A DNA stretch of 50,594 nucleotides, filler included, from Sphacelaria rigidula (Eukaryota), in the NCBI GenBank assembly GCA_964200075.2. It is 3 parts of 3 records of this genome, joined end to end, with 100 filler letters (N's around TTAATTAATTAA, not from the genome) between each part and the next. Parts side by side here need not be neighbours in the genome. Positions count along the whole stretch, not along the records: positions 33,807 to 50,594 come from CAXNAA020001254.1; 2 more parts are not named here. One strand, 5' to 3'. Numbering within the stretch: position 1 is the stretch's first letter; every line of letters begins with the position of its first letter. The notes below the pieces were generated by a model. That model had not been told where the DNA came from. It saw nothing but the letters and a program-made list of their open reading frames with translations, and ran no database searches. Positions 49,830 through 50,594 of the stretch are shown here, piece after piece. The translations under genes and the position numbers were made by a program.

Positions 49830-50429
49830 TGGAACATGATAATGTGGTGCACTACATATACGGTCCCTGCATATAAAATATATGTCGCGTTTTCCAGTGA
49901 TACTCTCACATCTATGTACCTGTCGTTGGTTGGGAACTGTGCCCAGTGTGGCAATTGTATTGGTGACTCCACCAAACGCCCCTGCTCCGAGGTTATATTT
50001 ACATATGTGGTAAAGTGCAGACGTGCAGGCAGCAGTAGCATTGCGATCAATAACGACCATGACATGTTTCATAAGAATATTCATGTTCCCTTTTTATTAT
50101 TGCTGGCGCCCCATACGTGATCCCTCCGACCTACGACCTTCAGGGCATATCACAGGTCACGTGGATATTATGATACAATATTCTTTCGACCGACTGCAAC
50201 CGGACGAAGCCTGACCGAAAAATTAAACCGAAGCAAGAAAAACTGCAGCAAATCAAAATATCGAAGGTTCAGATGCAAGGGAAAAAACACTGGAAGCTCG
50301 ATTCGCCTGGCACGGAGTTGCACCCCGAGAAAACGAATTTCACGCCACCCGCTAGGTGCATCCCGCCCCCCACTCGCGACGAGAAGCACGTGCCGATCCT
50401 TGCGGTTTTGGCAGTGTTGTCGTCCCATT

Positions 50430-50594
50430 TATTTTGGGCGCCAGTCTACCTCTTTCGGGATATATATGTGGGCGCATCAGCCGGGGTCACACAGGAGGAA
50501 GGTCAACACAGGAGCTTTTTCTTTTTATTTGTTTTCAGTACCCCACCTTCCTTTTGCGGTGCTTGCCTTTTTATTTTTTATCCCGAGAGGGGTT
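50430..50594 (+). repeat. Family D copy, truncated by window end
   Basis: Near-identical to 13430-13590. Confidence 0.75.

Overview
This is eukaryotic, intron-rich genomic DNA. A brown alga (Phaeophyceae, Ectocarpus-like) is my inference from the long repeat-filled introns, short GT-AG exons and a stramenopile-type bipartite plastid presequence. Most ORFs in the supplied track are spurious, and the real genes appear only after splicing by eye. Five gene models are supported: (1) a minus-strand multi-EF-hand protein, 11 phase-consistent exons, 11414->~375; (2) the 5' part of a minus-strand PDE12/CCR4-like EEP deadenylase, 24761->17300, ending at a GC splice donor before an assembly gap; (3) a plus-strand exosome subunit RRP42/EXOSC7, 25512->33216, apparently incomplete and head-to-head with PDE12; (4) a three-exon minus-strand ankyrin-repeat protein, 46646->36572; (5) exon 1 of a plus-strand, probably plastid-targeted protein, 47783-48093. 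Introns and spacers carry many small non-autonomous elements: hAT-like (8-bp TSD), Stowaway/mariner-like (TA), piggyBac-like (TTAA), foldback palindromes, a tRNA-derived SINE head, dispersed repeat families, minisatellites and a near-perfect miRNA-like hairpin. Two 100-nt scaffold gaps contain an artificial TTAATTAATTAA linker. I found no prokaryote-type system (CRISPR, defence island) and no clear-cut novel system. The best leads are the divergent pair of 3'-RNA-decay genes, the intronic hairpin and the inverted repeats flanking a symmetric ankyrin exon. No database searches were run; all family calls come from motif recognition.
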